64,000 nucleotides of DNA from Octopus vulgaris (taxonomy: Eukaryota): the NCBI GenBank assembly GCA_951406725.2, contig OX597816.1, positions 49,910,001 through 49,974,000 of the forward strand, read 5' to 3'. This document shows positions 16,930 to 30,444 of this stretch, one piece after another (position 1 is the first letter of the stretch; the number at the start of each line of letters is the position of its first letter). Position numbers and translations under genes: made by a program. The notes beneath the pieces were generated by a model. It was given only the letters and a program-made list of their open reading frames with translations. It was not told where the DNA came from and ran no database searches.

Positions 16930-17800
16930 ATTTGCATTCTGTAAATACTAACAGCTTTTTTTTTGTGCATAAATCTTCCCTCTCTATCAATACACTGGAA
17001 ATACTTCAACCCAATTCAGTTTGAACAAGGAAAGCATACTCATTAAAAAATATAAACCACAGCTGAATGTCATTTACGAGGAAAAAAAACAAAAAAAAGG
17101 AAAAAGACCCAAATTCTCCACAAAAAAAATGAAACAACCAGAGAGGACAGACATAATTCAAAACACTTTAGTAACAGTCTTCCACTCGGATTTCGAAACC
17201 CCAACTCAAACAACCATACAGTAATATCTATTACTTTACTACCCTCAAGGGGCTAAACACAGAGAGGACGAACAAGGACAGACAAACGGATTAAGTCGAT
17301 TATATCGACCCCAGTGCGTAACTGGTACTTATTTAATCGACCTCGAAAGAATGAAAGGCAAAGTCGACCTCGGCTGAATTTGAACTCAGAACGTAGCGGC
17401 AGACGGAATACCGCTCAGCATTTCGCCCGGCGTGCTAACGTTTCTGCCAGCTCGCAGTAATACCATGTAAACTCCTGCTGCTGACGACTCCTAACTCTAG
17501 ACCAGTGAAATTTTACCTCTGACCAAAACCGAACTTCAATAAATATGACAAAATGACGCTTAAGAGAATCAACCAACCGGAACGGCTGTTGACCGTTCCC
17601 CATAGGGAAGTCAACCAACCAGAGCGATAAACATGACCACCAGAAAAATCAGTATTTTAACGAATCAAAAATCATATCCATTCACAGAAAAAAACAAAAA
17701 AACAAACAGAAATACACTAGATTCCAAAAACCGCCGTTAAAAGTGAAAATCCCTGCACATGATGGAAAAAGAATCACAGAAACTGTAACAAAACCCGTTT
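16930..17800 (+). mobile_element. Penelope-like element 3' remnant (endonuclease C-terminus plus decayed pLTR) with a nested SINE
   Basis: Translates LNKESILIKKYKPQLN, the KE..I...KP.LN ending typical of PLE GIY-YIG domains, followed by A/C-rich non-coding sequence. Confidence 0.5.
17226..17455 (-). mobile_element. tRNA-derived SINE family B
   Basis: Head GAGCTGGCAGAAACGTTAGCACGCCGGGCG, box B GAGTTCAAATTC and central GACTTTGCCTTTCATTCTTTCGAGGTCGAT..ATAAGTACCAG. Multiple copies in the window. Confidence 0.9.
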
Positions 17801-17932
17801 TTGTATAATGTACATTTCTGCTTGTTTTCCTCCCTCATATAGAACAATTTTAACGCTGTTGAATTTTGTGTACTTAAACAAGATGGTTTTTCTACCTTGC
17901 AATTTAAACTTTTTATCATTGATATTTTTATC

Positions 17933-18133
17933 TTTTCTACTCTAGGCACAAGGGCCGAAATTTTTGCGGGAGGGGGCTAGTCCATTAGATCGATCCCCAA
18001 TGCGCAACTAGTACTTAATTCATCGACCCAGAAAGGATGAAAGGCAAAGTTGACCTCGGCGGAATTTGAACTCCGACAGGAAACAACTCTACACATTTCG
18101 CCTGGCTTGCTAACGTTTCTGCCAGCTCACCGC
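17933..18133 (-). mobile_element. SINE family B, alternative 3' tail (..TTGTGCCTAGAGTAGAAA)
   Basis: Head and central domain match family B. The tail is shared with the copies at 25421 and 49547. Confidence 0.85.
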
Positions 18134-18483
18134 TTTAATGAACCAAAAAAACACTGTTGAAACTAGTTTGGTATGTACGTAAATAAATTTATTTAGAAAT
18201 TCTTACAAGTTTTTTCAGATTCAGGTGCATTTTCAACAAGAAATTTTTCTATATATTTTTTCCGCTTGGAAATACACATCCCCTTTCGTTATACATATAA
18301 CGGAGTTATTAGTAGCTCATAACTATATATTGTGTACATTAAACAAGCATCTCTGAACTGAATATGTATATATCTATCAATCTTTCTATGTTTATACGCA
18401 AGAACATCCATAAATACATGCATATATGCACACACGTATGTTAATTATACATGTGTATATATATTTGTAGCTATGTATGAACG

Positions 18484-18545
<62 letters not shown>

Positions 18546-19860
18546 CATATATACTCGGTCCGGCGAGTATATATGCACAGAATATTAATATGTAGATATA
18601 GGTATTGGTTTGTCTGTGTGTTTGTATGGGTCTATATATGCATTTATATCTTTATATTTCTATGTTTATGTTTGTTATATGTAAACCAAATAAAATAATT
18701 CCAGTCGATATGTATTTAGGCTTGCTATCAATATATAAACTATGCACATACATGAATATGTCTGTATGTAGATGTAAGTATGTATACACACACACGAATA
18801 TGCACATATATCTATATACATAAATATATGCATGCATAAATTCAGACACACACACACGTACACACACACACACATACACACGCACACACGAACGTCGGAT
18901 TCGTTGAGCTGAATACAAACTGAATCTATTTTTCTTTTCACCTTTTTCACGAAAACAGTAAAAATACGAACTTTTTTTTTTTCTCCCCAAACTTATTTAC
19001 GTTCATCGAGTTCTTGTATAATATCTTCTCCTTCCCATTTGCTCTGTCTAGCGTCTGAGTAATTTACTTTTGACTATTCACACCCTTTCATTGTATAAGT
19101 AGAATATTGATTTTCTTGCCTTGTTTGTTGCTTATAATTGGCAGTCAGTTTTCCACTTCGCAGGAAATTTACTTCACGTCTATCAGTAAATATAATCTAT
19201 TACAGCTTAACTCTAAAATATTATGAAAGATCTTACTTATTAACAGAGAAATCATTAAATGCAAAAATGTGACACGTTTCTAGATATCAGTAAATTTGCA
19301 TATCAAAGACATGTACAGCTGCAGGATATGCATTGAGCATGCTGTTAAGAAATTTTTATTACAAATATCCGTTCGCAGTTCCATACAGAGCCACATGTTG
19401 GATCGTAGTGAATGGACTTATGATGGTCGGAACTGTTGAAGTGCACACATAGTAAACATGTGCAATATATACTACATACTGACATATATGCGTACGTAAG
19501 ACAAAAGTGTATCTCTTTGTTTGTGCGATATACAGACGCGCACGCACGCACACACACACACAGACACCTTCACACGTGTACATATATAACAAACAAGGCA
19601 GCTAGTTCTAAAATCTCTATAAGTGATGCAAGTAGATTTCTTCATGTTTCGACTGCATTACTGAATAAACAGACAGCTGCAGCGGGCTGCCAAGTTTAAG
19701 GCGAGCAAGCAATGTTTAGGGCTCCTTTTCTCGCCCTACACCCTGTTGGAGAAAACAATGCTGTGTCTAAATGGACCTGCTTTGTCGCCACTGGAGGACA
19801 CTGACAGCAGAGTTACTTATACGTTCTCTGCTGGAACGGCCATTACCCATATATATACCC

Positions 19861-20070
19861 TTTTACTCTTTTACTTGTTTCAGTCATTTGATTGCGGCCA
19901 TGCTGGAGCACCGCCTTTTTAATCGAGCAACTCGACCCCGGGACTTATTCTTTGTAAGCCCAATACTTATTCTATCGGTCTCTTTTGCTGAACCGCTAGG
20001 TGACGGGGACATAAACACACTAGCATCGGTTGTCAAGTAATGGTAGGGGGACAAACACAGACACATACAT

Positions 20071-20133
<63 letters not shown>

Positions 20134-20295
20134 CATATATACGACGGGCTTCTTTCAGTTTCCGTCTACCAAATCCGCTCACAAGGCTTTGGTCGGCCCG
20201 AGGCTATAGTAGAAGACACTTGCCCAAGGTGCCACGCAGTGGGACTGAACCCGGAACCATGTGGTTGGTAAACAAGCTACTTACCACACAGCCAC
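19861..20295 (-). mobile_element. SINE family A, near full length, little diverged
   Basis: Matches family A from head to tail on the minus strand. Confidence 0.92.
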
Positions 20296-21347
20296 ATTAA
20301 TATCGGTGACATGAGACTAGCAGATAAAAATTATTTTGTAATGTGATATGCATACACACAAACCATACACACACACACACATGTATATATGTATATATAT
20401 ATTTTGTTATTTTTATATTTTAAATATTTTGATTACTTTCTCTTGTATGAGACCAGTGCCATACTAGTCCCTCCCTGCTTGCTTTCTCATAGCTCCCCTT
20501 CATCTTTTAATGTACTGCCCTTCATTTTGAAATTCTCGTCCGTTGGTATATCCTCCATATTTCGTTAAACATTTAAAAATACATATGAGCAACGCTTTCA
20601 TTTGGCTTTGCATTTGCTGATGCTGTTTCATATTCCTAGGAATGTTTCTCTTATTGTAGCGATTTTAATTCTATTTACATTTTTCTCCTTCATACATTTA
20701 ATTCTTTGTCATACACACGTATATTCTAATGTTGTGGAAATGGGCTTTAGTACAATTTTCAATGTGTATACAGCGTAGTTATCCACGATTTTATGTTGTT
20801 GTATATGACTACAGTGTAATTTATTATTTGTGTATCGAGAACCATTTTTTAAGTCTGACATGAATATAATTAATTGGACATCGCACGATCGATCAAATTT
20901 TTAGATCTAATTTTCTGATGCCTATCATGGTCTTTGCCTAAGTTGTTTTACTAGATGGTGTTCTATACAGCTGGCAAAACTCTTAGTGTAAGTTCTATCA
21001 TTATGTAGCTGTACTTTTCGTTGCCTAACATTGGCTATCCATATAGGCTGTTGTTAATTGTGTCATCATGTCCTCCAAGCGTATTTCCTTCATTGCATGC
21101 ATTATGCTGATCCAGCACCGAATTTTCAGTAATTTAATTTTTAGATCGTGTTACGTGTTTCTCATTCAATGTTACAATTTTCCTTTATACTACTAATCGT
21201 CTCAGGTTTTTCAGGCACCGAACATGTAGAGGTCTTTTTATACGTTGATTTCTTAATCGTATTGAGGAATTTTGAAGCTTAGCTTTCTTTCAGGTTGCCA
21301 TTTTCCATCATAACTCTCTCTCTCATTTCAGTCACTGTTTAGTAATC

Positions 21348-21529
21348 CTCTTTTACTCTTTCACCTCTTTCAGTCATTTGACTGTGGCCATACCGGAGCA
21401 CCGCCTTTTGTCGAGCAAATCGACCCCAGGAATTATTCTTTGTAAGCCCTAGTACTTATTCTATCGGGGACGTGAACACACTAGCATCGGTTGTCAAGCG
21501 ATGTTGCGAGGACAAACACGGACACACAA

Positions 21530-21568
<39 letters not shown>

Positions 21569-21756
21569 TACGCACACACATATATATATATGCATATACA
21601 CGACAGGATTCTTTCCGTCTACCAAATCCACTCACAAGGTTTTGGTCGGTCCGAAGCTATAGTAGAAGACAGTTGTCCAAGGTTCCACGCAGTGGTACTG
21701 AACCCGGAACCATGTGGTTCGTAAGCAAGCTACTGCCACGAAGCCACTCCTGCGCC
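21348..21756 (-). mobile_element. SINE family A with small internal deletions
   Basis: Aligns to family A on the minus strand. Confidence 0.9.
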
Positions 21757-21936
21757 AAATACAGTTTTTATTTGTTCTTGTACACTGAGGCTCGTATGTA
21801 GTCCAGGTGTGTCACCTAAATTATTGACATCCCCAAAACGTAAAAAAATTTAAATAAGTCTAAACATACCCTGAGGCACTGATGCGATGATGCATGTTTT
21901 GTTTTGTAATATACATTGTTTTTAACCACAGTGCAT

Positions 21937-22013
21937 TCTAAGAAGCAAAATTTTGTCTGTATAAATCACTCTAGGAAGCAAAATTTTGTCTGTATAAATC
22001 ACTCTAGGAAGCA
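21937..22013. repeat. 33-bp tandem duplication (2.3 copies)
   Basis: TCTAGGAAGCAAAATTTTGTCTGTATAAATCAC is repeated. Confidence 0.9.
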
Positions 22014-22790
22014 TTTTTCTATAGCATACGTATATTTAATATAATATACTGCTACATATTTTCACTGGGTTTTGCATAATTTTTCTTTAAATAATTTTGT
22101 AGTCCTACAGTGGATATTATACACCGCTTTGTTTGCAGCTGCATAAGGCCCTAACTTCTTATAGTTGTGGTATAAACATAGTCTTTATATGTAATGTTTG
22201 TGATATTTCATTTTAAATTCGCGTATTAGATTACTGACTTTCCCTTTAGTTTTGTTTGATTACTTATCATCTAATTATGAATATTGTATCTCTAACTTAG
22301 TAATTTTACAGCTATTGATGTTTATTGCCTGAGTTTGTTGCCATTAGTTCTGATTTAAGTATTAATCTAATGCGTTTATAATGATTTTCCCTACCTTTCC
22401 TTTCGTTTGTATATGTTGTACACTGTCTAATTTGTTGGTTTCTTATTAATTGTATTTGTTCTTATTCTTTTATCTCTAGTTATTTATCTCCATGATTTTA
22501 AGTAATGTATTTTTATATTTACGTTTGTATTGGCGCTGTTTTCTTATCGGAATCTCTTAAGAATATCTATGATAAACAATACAGTAGTGTTTCTGGTCTT
22601 CTGTCGTCAACAAAAGCACAAATTTGTGATAAAGTACAACATTGTTTAAAATGTCGGTTATAGGCGTCTGTGTCATACAAAATGCGAGTGGAGACAGAGA
22701 AAGCTCCCTTCGAATATTACTGCTCTACTTGCGATAAATTTAGTTTTTACAATTCCCTCGTTTGTGAATATTTATACAATTGTTTATCAA

Positions 22791-22953
22791 GGCGTAGGAG
22801 TGGCTGTGTGTTAAGTAGCATACTAACGAACCTCATGGTTCCGGGTTCAGTCCCACTGCATGGCACCTTGGGCAAGTGTCTTATACTATAGCCTCGGGCC
22901 GACCAAAACCTTATGAGTGGATTTGGTAGACGGAAACTGAAAGAAGCCCGTCG

Positions 22954-22986
<33 letters not shown>

Positions 22987-23200
22987 TTATGTGTGTGTGT
23001 TTGTGTGTGTCCCCCAACATCGCTTGACAACTGATGCTGGTGTGTTTACGTCCCCGTAACTTAGCGGTTCGGCAAAAGAGACTGATAGAATAAGTACTAG
23101 GTTTACACAGAATAAGTCCTGGGGTCGATTTGCTCGACTAAAGGCGATGCTCAAGCGTGGCCACAGTCAAATGACTGAAACAAGTAAAAGAGTAAAAGAG
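22791..23200 (+). mobile_element. SINE family A, full length
   Basis: Runs from the GGCGTAGGAGTGGCTGTG head to the CAAGTAAAAGAGTAAAAGAG tail. Confidence 0.93.
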
Positions 23201-23277
23201 TCATACACACATTAAAACAGGTCGGTGTCATTAATTGCTGTAGTTAATTTTTATACTCTTGAGTCATGTTGAAGATT

Positions 23278-23323
<46 letters not shown>

Positions 23324-23445
23324 ATAGGAAGATATATTGTTTCTAATTTTTGATCATGTTCCTCACTTTGAAAATTTTGCATTTGCTATTGCTGTAGTGT
23401 TTTACATACATAAATCATTTTTGTTAATTGATGTTCGTTACTTAT

Positions 23446-23735
23446 AGGCGCGTGGCTGTATGATAAGTAGGTTGCTTACCAACCACATGATTCTGGGTTC
23501 AGTCCCACTGCGTGGCATCTTGGACAGGTGTCTTCTACTATACCCTCAGGTCGACCAGCACGTCTGGTAAACTGGTTAACGGCGTTACGTTCTAAGTTCA
23601 AAATTCCACCGAGATCAACATTGCGTTTCACCCTTTCAAGTTTGACAAATAAATACCAGTTGTGAACTGAGTCTGTACACTCAACGTAAGTTCTCTCTCG
23701 AAATTCGTAGCCCTGTGCCAAAACTTGAAAATTAT
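23446..23735 (+). mobile_element. Chimeric or nested SINE: family A head joined to a diverged family B body
   Basis: 23446-23555 matches the A head and CORE-like part. 23556-23735 matches family B (TTACGTTCTAAGTTCAAAATTCCACCGAG...). Confidence 0.7.
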
Positions 23736-23825
23736 TGTAGTAGCAGTAGTAACAATAGAAGAATTATTAGTATTAGTAGTAGTAGTATCAGTAGTAGCAG
23801 CAGTATCAATCATTACTATATATTA

Positions 23826-24589
23826 TTCTTTATTGCCTACAAGGGGCTAAACATGGAGGGGACAAACAAGGACAGACGAATTAAGTCGATAACATCGACG
23901 CCAGTGCGTAACTGGTACTTATTTAATCGACCCCGAAAGGATGAAAGGCAAAGTCGACCGCGGTAGAATTTGAACTCAGAACGTAGCGGCAGACGAAATA
24001 CCTATTTCTTTACTACCCACAAGGACTAAACACAGAGAGGACAAACAAGGACAGACAAACGGATTAAGTCGATTATATCGATCCAAGTGCGTAACTGGTA
24101 CTTATTTAATCGACTCCGAAAGGATGAAAGGCAAAGTCGCCCTCGGCGGAATTTGAACTCAGAACGTAGTGGCAGACGAAATGCCTATTTCTTTACTACC
24201 CACAAGGGGCTAAACCCAGAGAGGACAGACAAACTGATTAAGTCGATTATATCGATCCAAGTGCGTAACTGGTACTTATTTAATAGACCCCGAAAGATGA
24301 AAGGCAAAGTCGACCTCGGCGGAATTTGAACTCAGAACGTAGTGGCAGACGAAATACCTATTTCTTTACTACCCAGAAGAAGCTAAACACAGAGAGTACA
24401 AACAAGGACAGACAAACGGATGAAGGCAATTATATCGACCCCAGTGCGTAGCTGGTACTTAATTTATCGACCCCGAAAGGATGAAAGGCAAAATCGACCT
24501 CGGCGGAATTTGAACTCAGAACATAACGGCAGACGAAATACCGCTAAGTACTTCGCACGAAATGCTAACGATTCTACCAGCTTGCCGCC
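23826..24589 (-). mobile_element. SINE family B tandem tetramer (one head, four bodies)
   Basis: Units of about 173-183 bp start near 23826, 24003, 24186 and 24359. A single 5' head lies at 24540-24589. Confidence 0.92.
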
Positions 24590-25420
24590 CTATCAATTGT
24601 TACTATAGTAGTAATAGTTACAGTAGTAGTAGCTAATATTATTGTTTGTTTTTTCGCTTTGCGTGCATTTCTATTATGATTATTTATGTTCATGGCCAAA
24701 GCACTTGCTTGCCATAATGAATACGATACCACGTTAATTTTCAAATCTTTGAACTTTGTCCCTGTGCAGCATTTTAATGTAACTATGTTGAGATAATTAC
24801 AATAATTAAAATATATGCTTATTTTATCGGTGTCACTGATAATTTTTTGTAACAAAAATTATTTTCGTTACAGCTTCTGTTATTTTTATCATTATTTGTT
24901 TAAATTGTTCTGCTTTGTGCTTTGCCCACATTTGATCCTGGCTTCTTGCATTGAAGTTAGCGTTCATTAATTACATCACATTTCTGTTATTTGGAATTTA
25001 GTATTTATATCTTAGTGCATTACAAAAACGTGGTAAAGGATGGTTAATTAAAATTTTAAAATGTTTGATCAAACTGAACACAGCAGTAGAGGTCAAAAGG
25101 AAATCTCGTCTAAATGAATCTGACAAAAATATTTTGTGGCTTAACTCAAGATTATCATCAAATTCACCAAAGATTTCAAAGTACATAAGTTACAAAAGCG
25201 TACTGCAGAATGGGGAGCCTGTTTAGATACAATCAGCCGATCGTTTATGATTTGACCAAAACAAACTTGATATAAAAGCCTTGGCATTGCTTTCGCTTGT
25301 ATTCGTCTGGAGTAATCCCAGAGCTTTTGCAGCAAACATGCTAAGAGCAGGCAGAGAATATTGTATGATTCCATAGAAATATCTCTATTCCGTTTCGAAA
25401 ATTTGATGCACTACATAATT

Positions 25421-25570
25421 ATTTCTACTCTAGGTAAAAAAGCCTTGAACATTTTTTGGGAAAGGGGGCTAATCGATAACCTTGATCCATGTGTTTGACT
25501 GGTATTTATTTCATCGACCCCCAAAAGGATGAAAGGCAAAGTCGACCTCGGCGGAATTTGAACTCAGAAT
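25421..25570 (-). mobile_element. SINE family B, 5'-truncated
   Basis: GGATGAAAGGCAAAGTCGACCTCGGCGGAATTTGAACTCAGAA is identical to other B copies. Confidence 0.85.
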
Positions 25571-25796
25571 ATAGAATTAAATTATGCAAAAGTGATTGCA
25601 ATAAAGTGGACCAAACTCAAATCCATCCGTATGACGGCGTTTAAATGTGTTGCATACTTTAACGAAACTACTGAATTACTTACCAAACAACGTGCAACGA
25701 ACTAAGAAAAAAAAGCTAACGTTTGCATGAGTATTTTCTGATGTGAGAAACTAAGTCCCTATTCCCATTGTCAATAAAATTTTCATCCAGGTTCAG

Positions 25797-25855
<59 letters not shown>

Positions 25856-25977
25856 TATTGAAAGAGAGAGAGTGATGCATGCATTTATATATAAAAATAA
25901 GAAGAATCAACGAATATATATATATATGTGTGTGTGTATATTATTTATATATATATTTAAATAAATAATATATATAT

Positions 25978-26020
<43 letters not shown>

Positions 26021-26045
26021 TATATATATATATATACATGCATAC

Positions 26046-26083
<38 letters not shown>

Positions 26084-26086
<3 letters not shown>

Positions 26087-26131
26087 GAGGTGCATGGCTT
26101 AGTGGTTAAGGTGTCAGCATCATGATCGTAA
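26084..26131 (+). mobile_element. SINE family C head fragment
   Basis: GTGGAGGTGCATGGCTTAGTGGTTAAGGTG..CATGATCGTAA is an inverted match to 26535-26583. Confidence 0.7.
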
Positions 26132-26275
26132 ATTTCCCTTTGTATAACGGTCATTTACATGGCATATTTCGATGGCCGGTTAACAGAAGAGGTGGCGGCG
26201 TGGGTTTCCACCCCGACATCCGAAACTCGGAGTTTTATCATGGCTACCTAATAACTGTAATATATATTTACAGAT
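26131..26275 (+). mobile_element. Diverged copy of the 5480-5712 hammerhead element (core decayed to CAGAAGA)
   Basis: CATCCGAAACTCGGAGTTTTATCATGGCTACC is identical to the reverse complement of 5584-5615. Confidence 0.75.
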
Positions 26276-26335
26276 CTATATATCTATATATCTATCTATC
26301 TATATATATGTATATATCCAAATAAAATAAATATA

Positions 26336-26583
26336 TGCACCCTTTTAAACCCTAGCCAGGTTCATGGGCCTGGATTCCCTGTTTGAATGTCGTATGTGTT
26401 CCGTAGCTGCACGGGACGTCAGTCCATCGCAGCGTTACACATTTTTGCCAGCTGAATGGACTAGAGCAACTTGAAATGAAGTATTTTCCTCAAGAACATA
26501 ACGCGTCGCCCGGTCCAAGAATCGAAACCACAATCTTACGATCATGATTCAGGCACCCTAACCACTAAGCCACACGCCTCCAC
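26336..26583 (-). mobile_element. tRNA-derived SINE family C
   Basis: Box A TGGCTTAGTGG, box B GTTTCGATTC, then a CORE-like segment and CTGCGATGGACTGACGTCCCGT. Confidence 0.75.
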
Positions 26584-26681
26584 ATATATATGTGAATGTG
26601 TATATATATATATATTGATTCGTTAGCTACTGCACGCATTTTTTTTCTCTCCTTCTTTCTGTGTTTTTCTCTCTCTGTGTA

Positions 26682-26719
26682 TCTTTCTGTTGAAGAGCGT
26701 AGGCTCGAAACGTTAAAGA
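26682..26719 (+). ncRNA. Minimal hammerhead variant (CUGUUGA core, loopless stem III) in a short element at about 26615-26820
   Basis: TCTTT-CTGTTGA-A-GAGC GTAG GCTC-GAAAC-GTT^AAAGA. Stems I and II pair perfectly. Confidence 0.55.
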
Positions 26720-26857
26720 ATTGTTTTATTTATATTTCCTGAGCGCCATACTAATACAATTGTTCGTTTGTTTTCCACCTGCCTTCGTCTTTTGTTTATT
26801 TTCATAAAGCTTCCCGTTATATATATATATATATATACATATACATACATATACATA

Positions 26858-26893
<36 letters not shown>

Positions 26894-26985
26894 CATATAC
26901 ATATGTACATATATATATATGTATATATACATACATATACATATGTACATATATATATATATGTATATATACATACATATACATA

Positions 26986-27032
<47 letters not shown>

Positions 27033-27148
27033 ATATATACATATATATATATATATGTGTATGGATATATATATTTTTTCGTTGATTCTTCTTACTTTTC
27101 CTTTACAGTACCGCGTGTAGTTTCTATTTTCTTTTTGTAACATATTTC

Positions 27149-27224
<76 letters not shown>

Positions 27225-27619
27225 TTACGCACACATAAACACATATGAAAAAAAACATGCTAAATAGTAATTTATATAGAGGATATTTTTGGCCTTTTAG
27301 CGGTTTCACAATTTCAAAATATTTACATATTATTTCATAATGCGTTTTATCACGTTCGTGTCCCAATGGGTATGAATGCCATGGTCATATGTGTTCTGAA
27401 CTTTATGATTTTGGTATTTTTACGAATATGAATACTATTAGAAATTAAGTATGCATCTAAATGTGTTTTATTCCAATGAATCAAAAAATTGTTTTATGTT
27501 GATACAGATTCCCAGCCCATACACACATACTTATGAACAAATACAACCAGACATATATACTTATGTGTATATGATTGTGTGTGTGTGAACGTTACCTTGT
27601 AAACAAGCATATATTGTTC

Positions 27620-28119
<500 letters not shown>

Positions 28120-28632
28120 ATAGATGAAAATATCTCATAAATTCAAGTAAATATGTGTGGAGTAGGTTAAAAATTCTAAAAAAATTAATATATTCTACGT
28201 AATTTACAGTAGAAAGGAAAAAAAATTCTTTCCCTTTTCGCTAATGCTACTATTTTAATTCAATTGAATATAGAATTTGAGACAGTGAAAAATGTGAGTA
28301 ATGGTTAATATATTTATTTAAAAATATACTTAAATACGCTATGCGAAAAGGTATTAATTTCTATTATAAGTTTGCAAAAAAGATGTTCTTCTTTGCTTCT
28401 GTGATGCCAATGAGGAATAATTTAATACTTTTGAAAACACCGAATGGAAGAAAGAATCTTGGTTATTTTGGGTAAACATGTAAACGCAATTCATATCTCA
28501 TTCCGGAACTCTTCATACATGCATATATATATATATATATATATATATTATTTATTTATATCTATATTCCTCTATTTATGTCTCGCGCTCTCTCGCTCTT
28601 TCTCTCTGTATCTCTCTCTATATATTTGTATG

Positions 28633-28694
<62 letters not shown>

Positions 28695-28727
28695 TATCTA
28701 TATCTATGTAAATATATATGCATGAAT

Positions 28728-28765
<38 letters not shown>

Positions 28766-30000
28766 AGAGAGAGAGATTAAGAGAGTGAGTCAGAATTCGT
28801 GTGAGGGCCAGAGGGGGAGAGTAAGGCATGGAAATGAGATACAATATCTGCGTTTGCCATTATTATACACCGTGTTTTCAAATGCGTCACTATTATTTAC
28901 GCAAAAGAAGTTGGAAAGAAACATACCCATATGAGAATATGAAGTCCATTGTGAAATAAATTATAGCAATATTTTGTTGCCTTTATACACACTTGGGAGA
29001 GAAGTCCAATGTTTTAAACAATATAGCATAAAATTTTGAAGACGTTAACAAACGTAAAATTGTCTAAAGAAATGAAGATAATCAGAATTACATGTATTTC
29101 TATAGAAAATTGTCTTTTTATTATCCGCAAAGTAATTTTCAATACCCTTGGTATATTTCAATATAGAGAGTGTAAATTGTCCAAGCGTTCATTTGTGCAT
29201 TTCATTGAATGATGTTTACCTTAGAGAGATGGAAAATTTCCGTTAGAACAAAACATCTTTTCTAAGACATAATAATTCAGCTAAGAATCTTTGCAACTGC
29301 GGCAGCAATCAGATATCAACAACAAAAGCACCCTTCCCCACAACACCACCAACAGCTCGATTATCACATAAATAGGAATCAGAAACAGAAGCTGGTAATA
29401 TATTTTATGCATTGCATCAGCTGATTCATATCTGCATTTTCACCATCGTTTTTATACACGTAAAACATATGTGCAGATGCTTTAATATTCCTTTGTCTGA
29501 CAGTAAATCCTTAAAAGAAATCGGTCTCATTGTCGTTTCGAAGCAAAGCTTACAACAGAGAATTGGTTATCCAAAACGCAGCGCCCCAAGCTCTGCTTAT
29601 GTATTCGGAAGCTGTAACAGCTAAAAGGCATATCAAAATTTGACTATCTACCTGCCCGTTCGTACCACAGATAGTTACAGCTATGAAATGCTACTGTATT
29701 CTGAGAAGTGTTAATTAACACCCGCTTAAGTTTTCAAATAGTGTCGACATTAATATGCGATATGATATATGAAATATTGTCTATTGTTACATGTATACGT
29801 GTACTATTTTATTTTCCACCTCGTTTGCAGGTTGCTAGCTTTCACTACGGAATAATAAGGCATAAATTCATGTTTTGAGCAGACCATACCAACCGCATAT
29901 TTATTTTATAATTCACAGAGATCTATGATTGTGTGGATTTTTCAAACGTGCAATTCTGAGTAGCCGTGTAGCGAACCAACAGATTTACGTTAATATATAC

Positions 30001-30220
30001 TCTTTTACTCTTTTTCTTGTTTCAGTCATTTGACTGTGGCCGTGCTGGAGCACCGCCTTTAGTCGAGCATATCGACCCCAGGACTTATTCTTTGTAAGCC
30101 TGGTACTTATTCCACCGGCCTCTTTTTTGCCGAACCGCTAAGTTACGGGAACATAAACACACCAGCATCGGATGTCAAGCGATGTTGGGGGACACACACA
30201 AACACACACACACACGCACG

Positions 30221-30278
<58 letters not shown>

Positions 30279-30444
30279 CATATATATACACATGATAGTC
30301 TTCTTTCTGTTTCCGTCTACCGAATCCACTTTGGTCCGCCCGAGACAATAGAACAAGATACTTGCCCAAGGTGCCACGCAGAGGGACTGAACCCGGAACC
30401 ATATGGTTGGTAAGGAAGCTACTTACCACACAGCCACTTCTACG
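30001..30444 (-). mobile_element. SINE family A, full length
   Basis: Aligns to family A on the minus strand. Confidence 0.92.

Larger units (their letters stand above)
20420..22790 (-). pseudogene. Possible ancient, heavily decayed R4/Dong-type RT element (interrupted by SINE A)
   Basis: Minus-strand fragments IFEG..LSPLAFCMTQTPITDILN (about 22640-22716; cf. IFQGDSLSPL.FC.AL.PL..LLN), LFIIDILK and WISIMH occur in the expected order. Confidence 0.35.

Noticed and set aside
22791-22870. SINE heads as tRNA genes
   Set aside because: They have A/B boxes but no complete cloverleaf, and continue into SINE bodies.
23826-24589. Regular repeat array resembling CRISPR
   Set aside because: Whole units are homologous SINE bodies with no unique spacers, in a eukaryotic context.
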